The notes: a model not told the origin generated them from the sequence alone. DNA of 64,000 nucleotides from Candidatus Saccharimonadota bacterium (GCA_017404325.1 JAFRCO010000005.1:3495-67494), one strand, 5' to 3'; positions 54,295 to 64,000 are shown, numbered from the stretch's first letter. Program-made: numbers and translations.

Positions 54295-56169
54295 ATGTCA
54301 AAAAATGAAAAAAGAAAAATTGCTTTTAGTAAAAAAGCTTCTAGAATTTTAGGCTTAGTTCTTTTTGATGTAGCTTTAGTAGTAATTGCAGAATTCTTAG
54401 CCCTTTGGATGCGCTTTGATTTTCGTCAGATTCCAGATAATTATTTACACGCTGTAACGTATTGGATACCAATTGATTGCATAATCACTATAACGATATT
54501 TGCCATTGTTGGTCTATATACTTCAATTTGGCGTTATGCATCTACCCTAGAATTTATTTCTATTCTTGGTTCTTGTGCTGGAGCAGTATTTCTAATTTAT
54601 CTATATAAACACGCAATGCTGCTCTCGTCGCCGCGTAGTTTCTGGTTTATATTTTTTGCACTATTGGTATTTTTCGTAAGTGGAGTACGATATTCATATC
54701 GATTGAGTCGAGTTTTTTTGTATGCTTTAGGAGGTAAGAATCGTTCAAAAAACGTAATGATAATTGGCGCAGGCGAAGCAACGAGAATGTTGATTGACGA
54801 AATGGGACGAAACAATAAATATAAAAATTTGAACATATGCTGTATTATTGATGACGACAAACAAAAACGCGGGACACGCATAAGAAGAATTCCGATCGTT
54901 GGGAATCGCAACCAAATTCAATTAATGATTGAAAAATATAAAATAGATCAAATAATAATCTCTATTCCTTCAGCCAGTAAAGAAACTATCGCGAAAATTG
55001 TAACTGAATGTCAAAAAACAAAATGTGAAATTCAAATCTTGCCGTCATTGTTTTTAACGATGGACGAAAAAAAAGAAAATATCGTCGCACAAGTTCGTCC
55101 AATTAAATATGAGGATTTTTTGGGTCGCGATCAAATCGTAGTAAACAATGAAGAAATAACTGATAATTTGACAGGGAAAACAATTCTTGTAACTGGAGGT
55201 GGTGGTTCTATTGGTTCTGAATTATGCCGTCAGATTGCAAAAGCTGAACCAAAACTTTTAATAATTTTTGATATTTACGAAAACAATGCTTATGACATTC
55301 AGCAAGAATTATATAGAACTTATCCAAAACTAAATCTGGAAACTATTATAGGCTCCGTAAGAGACTATGCTCGCTTAGAAAAAGTGTTTCAGAAATTTCA
55401 CCCAGACCAAGTTTATCATGCAGCGGCACATAAACACGTCCCACTAATGGAAGTAAGCCCAAACGAAGCAATCAAAAATAACTGTCTTGGGACTTTAAAT
55501 ACTGTTAAATTAGCCGACAAATATGGCGTTTCTAAGTTTGTCTTAGTGAGTACTGATAAAGCGGTTAGGCCAACTAATATAATGGGCGCTTCAAAGCGTA
55601 TTTGTGAGATGATTATCCAAACCTACGATAAACGCTCAAAAACGAGTTATGTTGCAGTACGTTTTGGAAATGTTTTAGGTTCAAATGGTTCAGTCATCCC
55701 GTTATTTTTGAAGCAAATTGAAAGTGGCGGACCAGTTACAGTCACACATAAAGATATTACACGCTACTTTATGACAATTCCAGAAGCGGTGAGTCTTATT
55801 TTACAAGCCTCAGTTTATGCTGAAGGTGGAGAAATATTTGTCTTAGATATGGGTAAACCAGTAAAAATATACAATCTTGCTAGACAAATTATTAGATATA
55901 AGGGGTTAGAGCCGGGCAAGGATATTAAAATCGTGATTACGGGATTACGTCCTGGAGAAAAATTATATGAAGAAATGTTAATGGAAGAGGAAGGATTAAA
56001 AGAGACGCCAAATAAACTAATTCATATTGGCAAGCCAATTCGTATAAATGGAACTTTTCTAGAAGATCTTGATGCTTTAATAAAAGTTGCTGGAAAAAAT
56101 GGAGACGAAATAAAAGAACGTACTGCTGCCATCGTAAGTACTTATAAACCACAAAAGGAGAATAAATAA
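54295..56169 (+). CDS. Membrane-bound nucleotide-sugar 4,6-dehydratase (CapD/PglF/EpsC family)
   Basis: Four N-terminal TM helices, two Rossmann motifs (MIIGAGEA; ILVTGGGGSIGSEL), SxnYxxxK-type dehydratase core (STDKAV ... MGASKR). ATG at 54295 preceded by GGAGA. Confidence 0.85.
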   Translation: MSKNEKRKIAFSKKASRILGLVLFDVALVVIAEFLALWMRFDFRQIPDNYLHAVTYWIPIDCIITITIFAIVGLYTSIWRYASTLEFISILGSCAGAVFLIYLYKHAMLLSSPRSFWFIFFALLVFFVSGVRYSYRLSRVFLYALGGKNRSKNVMIIGAGEATRMLIDEMGRNNKYKNLNICCIIDDDKQKRGTRIRRIPIVGNRNQIQLMIEKYKIDQIIISIPSASKETIAKIVTECQKTKCEIQILPSLFLTMDEKKENIVAQVRPIKYEDFLGRDQIVVNNEEITDNLTGKTILVTGGGGSIGSELCRQIAKAEPKLLIIFDIYENNAYDIQQELYRTYPKLNLETIIGSVRDYARLEKVFQKFHPDQVYHAAAHKHVPLMEVSPNEAIKNNCLGTLNTVKLADKYGVSKFVLVSTDKAVRPTNIMGASKRICEMIIQTYDKRSKTSYVAVRFGNVLGSNGSVIPLFLKQIESGGPVTVTHKDITRYFMTIPEAVSLILQASVYAEGGEIFVLDMGKPVKIYNLARQIIRYKGLEPGKDIKIVITGLRPGEKLYEEMLMEEEGLKETPNKLIHIGKPIRINGTFLEDLDALIKVAGKNGDEIKERTAAIVSTYKPQKENK

Positions 56170-57440
56170 TGGGTGGGATAAAACCTTTTAAAAATAAAGT
56201 TTGGTTAAGCACGCCAACCATGCATGGTGACGAAATTAAATACATGAATGAAGCTTATGTAACTAACTGGATGTCTACGGCGGGTGAAAATATTGAAGAA
56301 ATCGAAAAACAAATAGCAGAGAAAATTGGTTGCAGGTATGCGGTAGCATTAGCGTCTGGAACTTCATCTCTACATTTAGCGATTAGATTGGCAGGCGAGA
56401 AGCTTTATGGAAAAACCGTGATGGGAAAAGGCGCTTTAAACGGGCATAAAGTATTTTGTAGTGATATGACATTTTGCGCTACATTAAACCCGGTAACTTA
56501 TGAGGGCGGTGAGCCAGTTTTTATTGATACAGAATATGATACTTGGAATATGGACCCGGAGGCCTTAGAAAAGGCTTTTGAAATATATCCGGAAGTACGT
56601 TTAATTGTTGTTGCGCATTTATATGGAACGCCGGGAAAGATTGATGAAATTCGAGCGATCGCGAAGAAACATAAGGCATTAATTGTTGAAGATGCGGCGG
56701 AATCGTTTGGGGCTACGTATAAAGAAAAGCAAACTGGAATATTCGGTGATTATGGTTGTATTAGTTTTAATGGAAATAAGATTATTACCGGTTCGTCCGG
56801 CGGAATGTTTTTAACGAATAGCCTAGAAGATGCGAATAAAGTACGGAAATGGTCGACGCAGGCGCGGGAAAATGCGCCGTGGTATCAACATGAGGAGATT
56901 GGCTATAATTATCGGATGAGTAATGTAATCGCGGGGGTAGTGCGCGGGCAAATTCCATATTTAGAAGAACATATAGCGCAAAAGAAGGCGATTTATGAGC
57001 GATATAAGAAGGGTTTGAAAGGTTTACCAGTAAAAATGAATCCGTTTGACGCGAAAAATTCGGAGCCGAATTTTTGGCTTTCTTGTATGATAATTGATGA
57101 AAAAGCGATGTGCAGACAGACGCGAGGAGACGAGGAAGCGTTATATGTTGGCGAGCATGGAAAGAGCTGTCCGACGGAAATCTTAGAGACGCTTGCAAAG
57201 TTTAATGCCGAAGGACGCCCGATTTGGAAGCCGATGCATGCGCAACCGATTTTTAGAAACAATGATTTTATTACTCGTAATGGTTCGGGACGAGCGAGGA
57301 CTAATGCGTATATTGATGGAAGCGCGAAAGATGTTGGGATGGATATTTTTAGACGCGGGCTTTGTCTTCCATCCGACAATAAAATGACAGTAGAAGAACA
57401 AAGTGTTATAATTGAATTAATACATAAGTGTTTTGAGTGA
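56169..57440 (+). CDS. DegT/DnrJ/EryC1/StrS-family PLP sugar aminotransferase (PglE/EpsN-like)
   Basis: [12 protein letters not shown]...[33 protein letters not shown] (PLP lysine). Confidence 0.85.
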   Translation: MGGIKPFKNKVWLSTPTMHGDEIKYMNEAYVTNWMSTAGENIEEIEKQIAEKIGCRYAVALASGTSSLHLAIRLAGEKLYGKTVMGKGALNGHKVFCSDMTFCATLNPVTYEGGEPVFIDTEYDTWNMDPEALEKAFEIYPEVRLIVVAHLYGTPGKIDEIRAIAKKHKALIVEDAAESFGATYKEKQTGIFGDYGCISFNGNKIITGSSGGMFLTNSLEDANKVRKWSTQARENAPWYQHEEIGYNYRMSNVIAGVVRGQIPYLEEHIAQKKAIYERYKKGLKGLPVKMNPFDAKNSEPNFWLSCMIIDEKAMCRQTRGDEEALYVGEHGKSCPTEILETLAKFNAEGRPIWKPMHAQPIFRNNDFITRNGSGRARTNAYIDGSAKDVGMDIFRRGLCLPSDNKMTVEEQSVIIELIHKCFE

Positions 57441-57441
57441 A

Positions 57442-58101
57442 ATGAGTCAGAATAATCACAAGGCGCATGGCCCATACGAAAAATTTTTTAAACGGTTGTT
57501 TGATGTCGTTTTTTCGTTTTTAGCGCTTCTAATTTTGTCGCCGATTCTGTTGATCATTGCGATTCTAGTGCGGATTAAGTTAGGCAGTCCGATTCTATTT
57601 AAACAAGAGCGTCCGGGTAAAAATGAGAAGATATTTAAGTTATATAAGTTTCGGACCATGACGGACGAGAGAGGTAAAAACGGGAAGTTGCTTTCGGATG
57701 AAAAGCGTTTGACTCGGTTCGGGAGAATACTACGATTGTCGTCGCTCGATGAATTGCCGGAATTGTTTAATATATTAAAAGGAGATATGAGTTTTGTCGG
57801 GCCGAGACCACTAGCTAAACAATACCTTCCTTATTATAATAAAAAGGAACATCATAGGCATGACGTTAGACCCGGATTAACTGGTTGGGCACAAGTTAAT
57901 GGGAGAAATAATATAAGTTGGGAAAAAAAATTTTCGTTAGATTTAGATTATATTGATAGTATTAGTTTCTTATTTGATTTTAAGATAATTCTTTTAACAA
58001 TTAAGAAAGTTGTGAAGGGCAGCGATGTTTGTGTAAGAGGTACTGGTAACATAATAGATTTTGATAAATATAGGAGAATACAAAATGAATCTAAAAGGTA
58101 A
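57442..58101 (+). CDS. Small phosphoglycosyl transferase (bacterial sugar transferase, PglC/EpsL/WbaP C-terminal type)
   Basis: KR.FD...S..AL..LSP.LL.IA..V....[37 protein letters not shown]. Confidence 0.88.
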   Translation: MSQNNHKAHGPYEKFFKRLFDVVFSFLALLILSPILLIIAILVRIKLGSPILFKQERPGKNEKIFKLYKFRTMTDERGKNGKLLSDEKRLTRFGRILRLSSLDELPELFNILKGDMSFVGPRPLAKQYLPYYNKKEHHRHDVRPGLTGWAQVNGRNNISWEKKFSLDLDYIDSISFLFDFKIILLTIKKVVKGSDVCVRGTGNIIDFDKYRRIQNESKR

Positions 58102-58624
58102 AAAGATTGAACTGAGGGAATTGAGGGAAGGGGATATGGTTTTATTAAATAAACTACTGAATGACCCTGAGATTGCGAAAAATGTTGTTGGTTGGAGTAA
58201 GCCGATAACGATGTACGAGCAAATGACGTGGTTCCATAATTTGCATGACGATTCAAATATTAGATATACTATTGCGGACGTTAAAGATTTAGATTTAGCA
58301 TACGGAACTGCAATTATTAGTGATATCGATTTCAAAAATGGAAGTTGTGGTATTAATATTAAAATTGACAACGCTTTTCAAAGGAAAGGATTTGGAAAAG
58401 AATCTTTATCTTTGTTAATTAACTACATTTTTAATGAGTTAAACTTAAATAGGATTAATGCCGAAATCCTAGAGTATAATATTGGATCTCAAAAGGCATT
58501 TGAATCTTTAGGTTTTATTAAAGAAGGCGAGAAACGTCAAGCCATTTATAAAGACGGGAAATATAATGACTTATATATTTATTCCTTGATTAGAGAGGAT
58601 TATTGTCGTGAAGGAAATCGGTAG
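58085..58624 (+). CDS. GNAT-family N-acetyltransferase (RimJ/RimL-like)
   Basis: SD AGGAG before the ATG at 58085. Q.KG.G acetyl-CoA loop (FQRKGFGKE). N..S...FE.LGF.KEG tail typical of the family. Confidence 0.7.
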   Translation: MNLKGKKIELRELREGDMVLLNKLLNDPEIAKNVVGWSKPITMYEQMTWFHNLHDDSNIRYTIADVKDLDLAYGTAIISDIDFKNGSCGINIKIDNAFQRKGFGKESLSLLINYIFNELNLNRINAEILEYNIGSQKAFESLGFIKEGEKRQAIYKDGKYNDLYIYSLIREDYCREGNR

Positions 58625-59648
58625 TGAGTTTTGGACAGTAAATATTAATGACGAAGATAATGGTTTAGATTTTTTGAAGATTGGAAAAGATTATAAACTG
58701 TTGATGTCTGGCAGATCTGCAATAGATTACGTTTTGGATGGTTTTAGCGATGCTAAAAAAATAGTTTATATGCCAGACTATCTTTGTGAATCTATGGCCG
58801 AACCGTTTCGAAGAAAAGGTTACAAAATTTACTATTATAATGTTGATTTGATTAATAATAAGTACAATATAGATACTAATATTGATTGTAGTATCTTTTT
58901 CGCTATGAGCTATTTTGGCTATAATGAATCAAATATGGACAGGCATATAGAACTATTTAACAAGAGAAATATTATTGTGTTAGAAGATATTACTCATAGA
59001 CTTTTATCCGATATTAATCATTCAAACTATTCAACTTTCCTAATAGCTAGTCTTAGAAAATGGTTCCCGATCGTTTCTGGCGGTGTAGCAATTAGTATGC
59101 AAAAAAAATTTTCTAAAAAATTATTATCTTATGATAAAAATGATGAATATATGAAGATAAAAAAGCGAGCTATGAATTTAAAGAGAGATTATATGGAGAA
59201 TAAAAATAACAAAAAGGATTTGTATTTAAAGTTGTTTGACAAGTCAAACCGCATGATAAGTAATTGTTACAGGAAAGGAATTGATGACGAATCGGAAAGA
59301 ATGCTAAAATCGATGAATATTGAGCAGATAAAACAATCAAGGGTTAACAATTGTTTGTTGATTGAAAAGTTGTTAAAAAATAATAAACATATAAAACTAT
59401 TATATAAGTATAAAAACGGAGATTGTCCTTTGTTTGTTCCGATAGTGATTAATGGCAGAGACGGAGTTAGAAAGGAAATGACAAAACGAGGTATTTATTT
59501 GCCAGTTCATTGGCCAAATGATTTAAAAAGAAAGAATAAGTTATATGATTATGAGCTGTCATTAGTGTGTGATCAAAGATATAATGAAATCGACATCGAA
59601 AAATATGTAATTGTTTTAAGTAATTTAATTCGGAGTGGCATAAAATGA
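58608..59648 (+). CDS. Divergent DegT-like PLP-fold protein (function uncertain)
   Basis: MKEIGSEFW start, SGRSAIDY, DYLCESM, EDITH, SLRKWFPIVSGG spacing resembles fold-type I sugar aminotransferases. Weak call made by eye. Confidence 0.4.
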   Translation: MKEIGSEFWTVNINDEDNGLDFLKIGKDYKLLMSGRSAIDYVLDGFSDAKKIVYMPDYLCESMAEPFRRKGYKIYYYNVDLINNKYNIDTNIDCSIFFAMSYFGYNESNMDRHIELFNKRNIIVLEDITHRLLSDINHSNYSTFLIASLRKWFPIVSGGVAISMQKKFSKKLLSYDKNDEYMKIKKRAMNLKRDYMENKNNKKDLYLKLFDKSNRMISNCYRKGIDDESERMLKSMNIEQIKQSRVNNCLLIEKLLKNNKHIKLLYKYKNGDCPLFVPIVINGRDGVRKEMTKRGIYLPVHWPNDLKRKNKLYDYELSLVCDQRYNEIDIEKYVIVLSNLIRSGIK

Positions 59649-60685
59649 AGTTTGACGTTATAGGATTTGAAGATAAGAAAAAATGGGAGAGAATCGTTAA
59701 AGATCGAGAAGTGTATTATCAATGGCAATATGTTGATGCATTCTATAAAATAGGTGATGGCATTCCTAAATTGGCCTATGCGTTTGATAGGGATGATTAT
59801 GTTATTAATGTCTTTTTTCTAAGAAATATTAATCGGGATTTAAACTTTAGTGATAGTCTAGAACAATGCTACGATATTATTACTCCATATGGTTATGGTG
59901 GTGTTGATTATAATGGCAATAATACGTTGTTGCTAAACTATTATTTTGATCAATTCGATCAGTATTGCAACGAGAATAATATTATCTCCGAGTTTGTAAG
60001 ATTGTCTCCGTTTACTAAAAATTATACTAATTACGATAGTAGGTATGAGTTATCAACTACATCCAAAACTGTTTTTATGAAATTGGATAATCCGAGACAG
60101 ATTTGGGATGATATGGAAGGCAGAAGTAGAACCACGATTAGAAAAGCCATAAAAAATGGTTTAGAAGTGAAATCTGGTTTTTCGAGACAGATGCTAGATG
60201 AGTTCAAAATAATTTATCATGACACGATGGATAGGGATAATGCAGAAGAGAACTACTATTTTAATGATGATTTTTTTAAGAGTATCTATGAAAACCTTAA
60301 AGATTTTTCTAAAATATATACTGTTTATTATGAGAATAAGCCGATTAGTTCAAGTATAGTTATGTTTAATAAGGAGAATGCTCATTATCATCTAAGCGGC
60401 ACACTGTCTGATTATATGAAATACGGCGCAAATAATATTGGACTGTATAAGATTGCGCTTGATCTTTGCGATGGCGGGTATAAGATATTTCATTTGGGCG
60501 GTGGGTATGGAGGAGATAGTAGTCCATTATTAAAGTTTAAAGAATCGTTTAATAAGAATGGATTATTGGATTTTTATGTAGCTAAACGAGTTTTTAATCA
60601 AAAAATCTACGATAATTTATGCAGTAAGGTTGGAGTAAAAAAGGACTGTAATTATTTTCCCGCCTATAGAAAACCATCGAGCTGA
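59645..60685 (+). CDS. FemAB-like / Acetyltransf_6 (GNAT-fold) aminoacyl- or acyl-transferase
   Basis: Length, two-lobe organisation and the A.YHLSG ... G.Y..FHLGGG ... LL.FKESF pattern typical of FemAB-related transferases found in glycan loci. Confidence 0.5.
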   Translation: MKFDVIGFEDKKKWERIVKDREVYYQWQYVDAFYKIGDGIPKLAYAFDRDDYVINVFFLRNINRDLNFSDSLEQCYDIITPYGYGGVDYNGNNTLLLNYYFDQFDQYCNENNIISEFVRLSPFTKNYTNYDSRYELSTTSKTVFMKLDNPRQIWDDMEGRSRTTIRKAIKNGLEVKSGFSRQMLDEFKIIYHDTMDRDNAEENYYFNDDFFKSIYENLKDFSKIYTVYYENKPISSSIVMFNKENAHYHLSGTLSDYMKYGANNIGLYKIALDLCDGGYKIFHLGGGYGGDSSPLLKFKESFNKNGLLDFYVAKRVFNQKIYDNLCSKVGVKKDCNYFPAYRKPSS

Positions 60686-60731
60686 CCTGTATTTAATAAG
60701 TGGCATTTTTATGATATTATAGTGAATAGAT

Positions 60732-61889
60732 ATGATATTGTTATTAATACTTTTTTGGGCATCTGTGTTTGTCATATTTTGGGCTAATATTGGCTATCCA
60801 GTGTCTATTATTATATTGGGGAAAATAATTAAAAGAAAAAATAAGAAAGTTAAAAATTATGAACCCACTGTAACAATAATGATTGTTGCTCATAATGAAG
60901 AAAAAGTCATAAAAGCAAAATTAGAAAATGTTTTGAAAGTTGATTATCCTAAAGAAAAATTAGAAATAGTTGTTTCCTCAGATAATAGTACTGATTCGAC
61001 AAATGATATAGTGGAAACTTTTATAAAGAAACATAAAAAAAATAATATAAGACTTTTTAAAGTGAAAAAAAGAAAAGGAAAGACAAACGCGCAAAATGAG
61101 GCCGCTAAGACTATTAAAAGTGAAATAATAGTAATGACCGATGCTAATGCTATGTTGGATAGAAGCGCCGTGAAGGAACTTGTTTCATCATTCGATAAAA
61201 ATGTAGCTTACGTTACCGGAAGATTAATATACAGCAATAGTAAAGACTCTTTGACGAGTAATACCGAAAATACATATTGGGATTTAGACACAAAAATAAG
61301 AGATATAGAGTCAAGAATTCAAACTATTACAGCTGGGAATGGAGCCATATATGCTTGTAAAAAAAGTGAGTACCATGATTTTAGGTCAATAGAATGCCAT
61401 GATTCATCTATGCCGCTTTATTATGCCCTAAACGGAAAGCGTGCTATCGCAAATCATAATGCTATAGCTTATGAAAAAGCTGGGGAAAATGATAAGGATG
61501 AGTTTAAAAGAAAGATTAGAATGTCGAGAACCATTTTACGTGCTATGCTGCCGTCTGTAAAGATTTTGAATATTCTGAAATATAAGTGGTACACTTATTT
61601 CTATTTGGGACACAGAACATTTAGGTACTCTCTTTGGTTAAGTCATATAGTATTATTAATAACAAATATATTACTCATAAAATATAGCCTTTTTTATACT
61701 ATTCCATTGGCGATTCAATTAATTATTTATTTAATAGCCGTATTGAAATATTTGTTCAGAATTAATAATGGAATTATTAATTATATTTCTTATTATTGTA
61801 TGACCGTATTAGCACAGTTTATCGGTGTGCTAAAAATAATAGCACGAAAAAACAAGCCCTTTTGGGAAAAGGCGGAGAGTACAAGGTGA
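60732..61889 (+). CDS. Family 2 glycosyltransferase with integral membrane C-terminal domain
   Basis: TVTIMIVAHNEE ... VVSSDNSTD (DxD-like), MTDANAML, C-terminal TM helices. Confidence 0.8.
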   Translation: MILLLILFWASVFVIFWANIGYPVSIIILGKIIKRKNKKVKNYEPTVTIMIVAHNEEKVIKAKLENVLKVDYPKEKLEIVVSSDNSTDSTNDIVETFIKKHKKNNIRLFKVKKRKGKTNAQNEAAKTIKSEIIVMTDANAMLDRSAVKELVSSFDKNVAYVTGRLIYSNSKDSLTSNTENTYWDLDTKIRDIESRIQTITAGNGAIYACKKSEYHDFRSIECHDSSMPLYYALNGKRAIANHNAIAYEKAGENDKDEFKRKIRMSRTILRAMLPSVKILNILKYKWYTYFYLGHRTFRYSLWLSHIVLLITNILLIKYSLFYTIPLAIQLIIYLIAVLKYLFRINNGIINYISYYCMTVLAQFIGVLKIIARKNKPFWEKAESTR

Positions 61890-61940
61890 TCGGTTATACT
61901 AATTTGGTGCTACTATATAACAGTAGAGGATTGATAATAG

Positions 61941-63092
61941 ATGAATAAGGAAGAAGAAAAAAGAGAAGAGATATGTATAAAAATAATTTATTGGTCTTTT
62001 TTGTCTCAATTGCTTTTTTCTGTGTCAAGGAGACTACTATCCTTTATGCCGAATTCGGTTATTATATGCGCGGTTGTTTCTTTTGCGATGCTAGTGGTTT
62101 TGTTCTTGAAGTTGCTACATATTAAGAAATTATCTTTTAATAAGTATTTTCTATTGTCTGTTTTATTGGCAACGATATTATATTTGATTAGCTTGATAAG
62201 CGGAACTCCGTTTGATAAAATACTACTTTATTACCCGCAGACTATTTATGGTTTAAGTTTGTTATTCATTGCTTTATCGATTAAAGACTATGCGAATCTT
62301 TATGATTATTTTTCTAGATATAGTTTTGTTATATCTATTTTTTCGATTTTTATTATATTTGTAGACAGAGGGACATTTGTCTACAATATGCACTATTCTT
62401 ATATAGTATTAATTGCACTTTGTTTTCATACTCTTAATCTATTTAACGATAAAAAGAAAATAGATTTCTTTTATCTTTTATTAGATATAGTTTTAATACT
62501 ACTATTTGGATCGAGAGGGCCAATACTATGTTATAGTTTTTTCTTAATAATGTATGTATTATTTGGAAATCAAAAAGGATATTTGAAGGCTTTATTTATT
62601 ACGATGATAACTATTGTCTCATTTAATGTCGAAAGAGTACTATCAACCATTAGTGATATAACAAGTTTATTTGGAGTTCGTAGCAGAACGATTAGTTTGT
62701 TAATTTCGAACCCACAACATGTGTCCGGTAGAGACATTATACTACAAGATACGCTCGCCTTGATTAAAAAGAATCCTGTAATCGGATACGGAATAGCTGG
62801 GGAGTATAAGTATTTAAAAGATTATCCTCACAATTTGTTTTTAGATGTTATTGTTCATTGGGGGATAGTATTAGGTAGTTTATTAATTGCTGGAATGCTT
62901 TATATAATTATTAAAGGTTTACTTTATAGTAAGGATAAAACGAGGTTGCTAGTTTTGATTTTTATTTCGTATGGGTTAGTAATGCTATTCTTTTCTGGTA
63001 CATATATTTCGTTTGATGGTTTTTATATTTTAATGGGGCTGTCTTTTGGAGTTATAGGTAATAGGAACAGAAGAAAAAATGAAAAACAGTAA
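61941..63092 (+). CDS. O-antigen polymerase/ligase-like (Wzy_C) membrane protein
   Basis: About 10 TM segments, LFGSRGPIL motif and a periplasmic-loop HN/PHN motif (YPHNLFLD). Confidence 0.7.
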   Translation: MNKEEEKREEICIKIIYWSFLSQLLFSVSRRLLSFMPNSVIICAVVSFAMLVVLFLKLLHIKKLSFNKYFLLSVLLATILYLISLISGTPFDKILLYYPQTIYGLSLLFIALSIKDYANLYDYFSRYSFVISIFSIFIIFVDRGTFVYNMHYSYIVLIALCFHTLNLFNDKKKIDFFYLLLDIVLILLFGSRGPILCYSFFLIMYVLFGNQKGYLKALFITMITIVSFNVERVLSTISDITSLFGVRSRTISLLISNPQHVSGRDIILQDTLALIKKNPVIGYGIAGEYKYLKDYPHNLFLDVIVHWGIVLGSLLIAGMLYIIIKGLLYSKDKTRLLVLIFISYGLVMLFFSGTYISFDGFYILMGLSFGVIGNRNRRKNEKQ

Positions 63093-64000
63093 GTTAGTTA
63101 AAAAAGGTTTAGGTTTAATTGTTGTATTATTAGTAGTTAAGTTATTTGGATTTTTAAAGCAATCTATTATTGCTTGGAAATTTGGTACATCCGCGGATTT
63201 GGACGCCTTTGTTGTTGCTGATGGTTATATAAATATGTTCGGGCAAATACTATTAACCGCTGTACCACCAGCAATTGTTACTTTATATTTAAAAAGACAT
63301 TACGAAAATGAAAGAAATGATTTTATTAGTTCTTCAGTTATCTTTTTGGCTGTATCTGGAATAGTATTAGTTCTATTAAATATTATATTGTCTCCAGTGC
63401 TTGCGGGATTATTTGGCAATTCCTTTGACGATCTTCATAAGCAGCAGTTGTCTAGTTTTATCAGAATATTGTCTCCTTTAATTATTTTTGCATGTATTGC
63501 TTCAGTTTCTTCTGGGTTACTTCAATCTAAAAACCGCTTCATTCCAGAAAAAATGCTTGGATTATTTTTAAGTACTTCTATTATAATTTGTACTATTTTT
63601 GTTTCGCCTTATCTCGGTATTTATTCATTGTCTATAGGTTTTGTTGTGGGTTATTTAGTTTATTTCATAATGATGCTGATCCTACTAATTAAAAATGCTA
63701 GTTTTAGATTACAAAACCCATTTAAAAATAATACTTTTAGACGATTTTTAAAAAACGTATTTCCAATTATTATTGGTATATGTATTGTAGATACGAGTCA
63801 TTTAATTGATCGAATAATTGCTTCATCATTAGAGAGTGGTAGCGTATCGTCACTTTATTATAGTCAACTTTTGTCCGGTGATTTAATAAATAGTGTAATT
63901 ATTGTTTCGATGGGGGTTTTATTATTACCAAAGTTGTCTATAGATGTTCAAACTAAGACAAAAACTGAATTACTAAAAAGTATCAGGAATGTTTTTAATA
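63079..64000 (+). CDS. MurJ/MviN-type (MOP superfamily) lipid-linked glycan flippase, 3'-partial
   Basis: Open frame from ATG 63079 to the window end by manual translation; it is not in the supplied track. N-terminus KLFGFLKQSIIAWKFGTSADLDAFVVA matches the MurJ N-terminal signature. Confidence 0.7.
   Translation, partial: MKNSKLVKKGLGLIVVLLVVKLFGFLKQSIIAWKFGTSADLDAFVVADGYINMFGQILLTAVPPAIVTLYLKRHYENERNDFISSSVIFLAVSGIVLVLLNIILSPVLAGLFGNSFDDLHKQQLSSFIRILSPLIIFACIASVSSGLLQSKNRFIPEKMLGLFLSTSIIICTIFVSPYLGIYSLSIGFVVGYLVYFIMMLILLIKNASFRLQNPFKNNTFRRFLKNVFPIIIGICIVDTSHLIDRIIASSLESGSVSSLYYSQLLSGDLINSVIIVSMGVLLLPKLSIDVQTKTKTELLKSIRNVFN

Noticed and set aside
1-64000. Search for CRISPR arrays, rRNA, tRNA, tmRNA/RNase P-like genes, transposases, integrases and prophage genes
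   Set aside because: No regularly spaced direct repeats were seen. Intergenic regions are short (mostly under 150 nt), and none shows a cloverleaf-compatible tRNA layout. No ORF carries recombinase or transposase motifs. I cannot exclude small ncRNAs without covariance-model scans.
1-64000. Alternative genetic code (UGA as Gly or Trp, as in some CPR lineages or Mollicutes)
   Set aside because: TGA terminates well-supported genes at the expected protein ends, for example the flippase-like gene at 7829-7831 and the aminotransferase at 57438-57440. Conserved proteins contain no in-frame TGA. The standard code 11 fits.

Overview
This is a densely packed, AT-rich bacterial chromosome segment that uses the standard genetic code, since TGA, TAA and TAG all terminate well-supported genes. 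There are about 57 protein-coding genes. I could not recognise any rRNA, tRNA, CRISPR array, transposase or integrase.

Gene content:
- Housekeeping genes: queH, typA, tatD, a cysteine desulfurase, mnmA, serS, hpf, secA, murD, dus and prfB.
- A partial S10-spc ribosomal protein cluster running from rplC to rpsH.
- A nucleotide-salvage/repair cluster: tmk, tdk, ung and a dCMP deaminase.
- A pair of half-transporter ABC exporters.
- Several very large secreted or wall-anchored proteins.
- A Wzx/Wzy-type glycan locus that runs off the 3' edge.

The reduced-genome look, the Gram-positive-type sorting signals, the giant adhesins and the salvage genes suggest a Patescibacteria/CPR organism, plausibly Saccharibacteria (TM7). 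That is inference only.

Most interesting observations:
1. A secreted cutinase-vWA fusion heads a three-gene surface module. A complete sorting-signal tail lies in the -1 frame behind an A6 tract and the stop codon.
2. An unusual [S/T/A]-PNTG sorting motif occurs on three proteins.
3. A 1002-aa surface protein ends in a Hint (bacterial intein-like) autoprocessing domain plus an orphan ~90-aa tail.
4. A paralogous surface gene is broken by an in-frame TAA at a conserved Trp.
5. mnmA carries a 90-nt, ~70% GC, in-frame insertion with 13-bp inverted repeats.
6. Extended -10 (TGnTATAAT) promoters that give leaderless mRNAs are pervasive. One is a perfect 20-bp palindrome that drives tdk and ung divergently.
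7. The ribosomal cluster lacks rpsJ and rpmC, has a long structured leader, and is cut after rpsH by a 1925-aa adhesin gene.

All domain calls come from motif recognition by eye. No searches were run.
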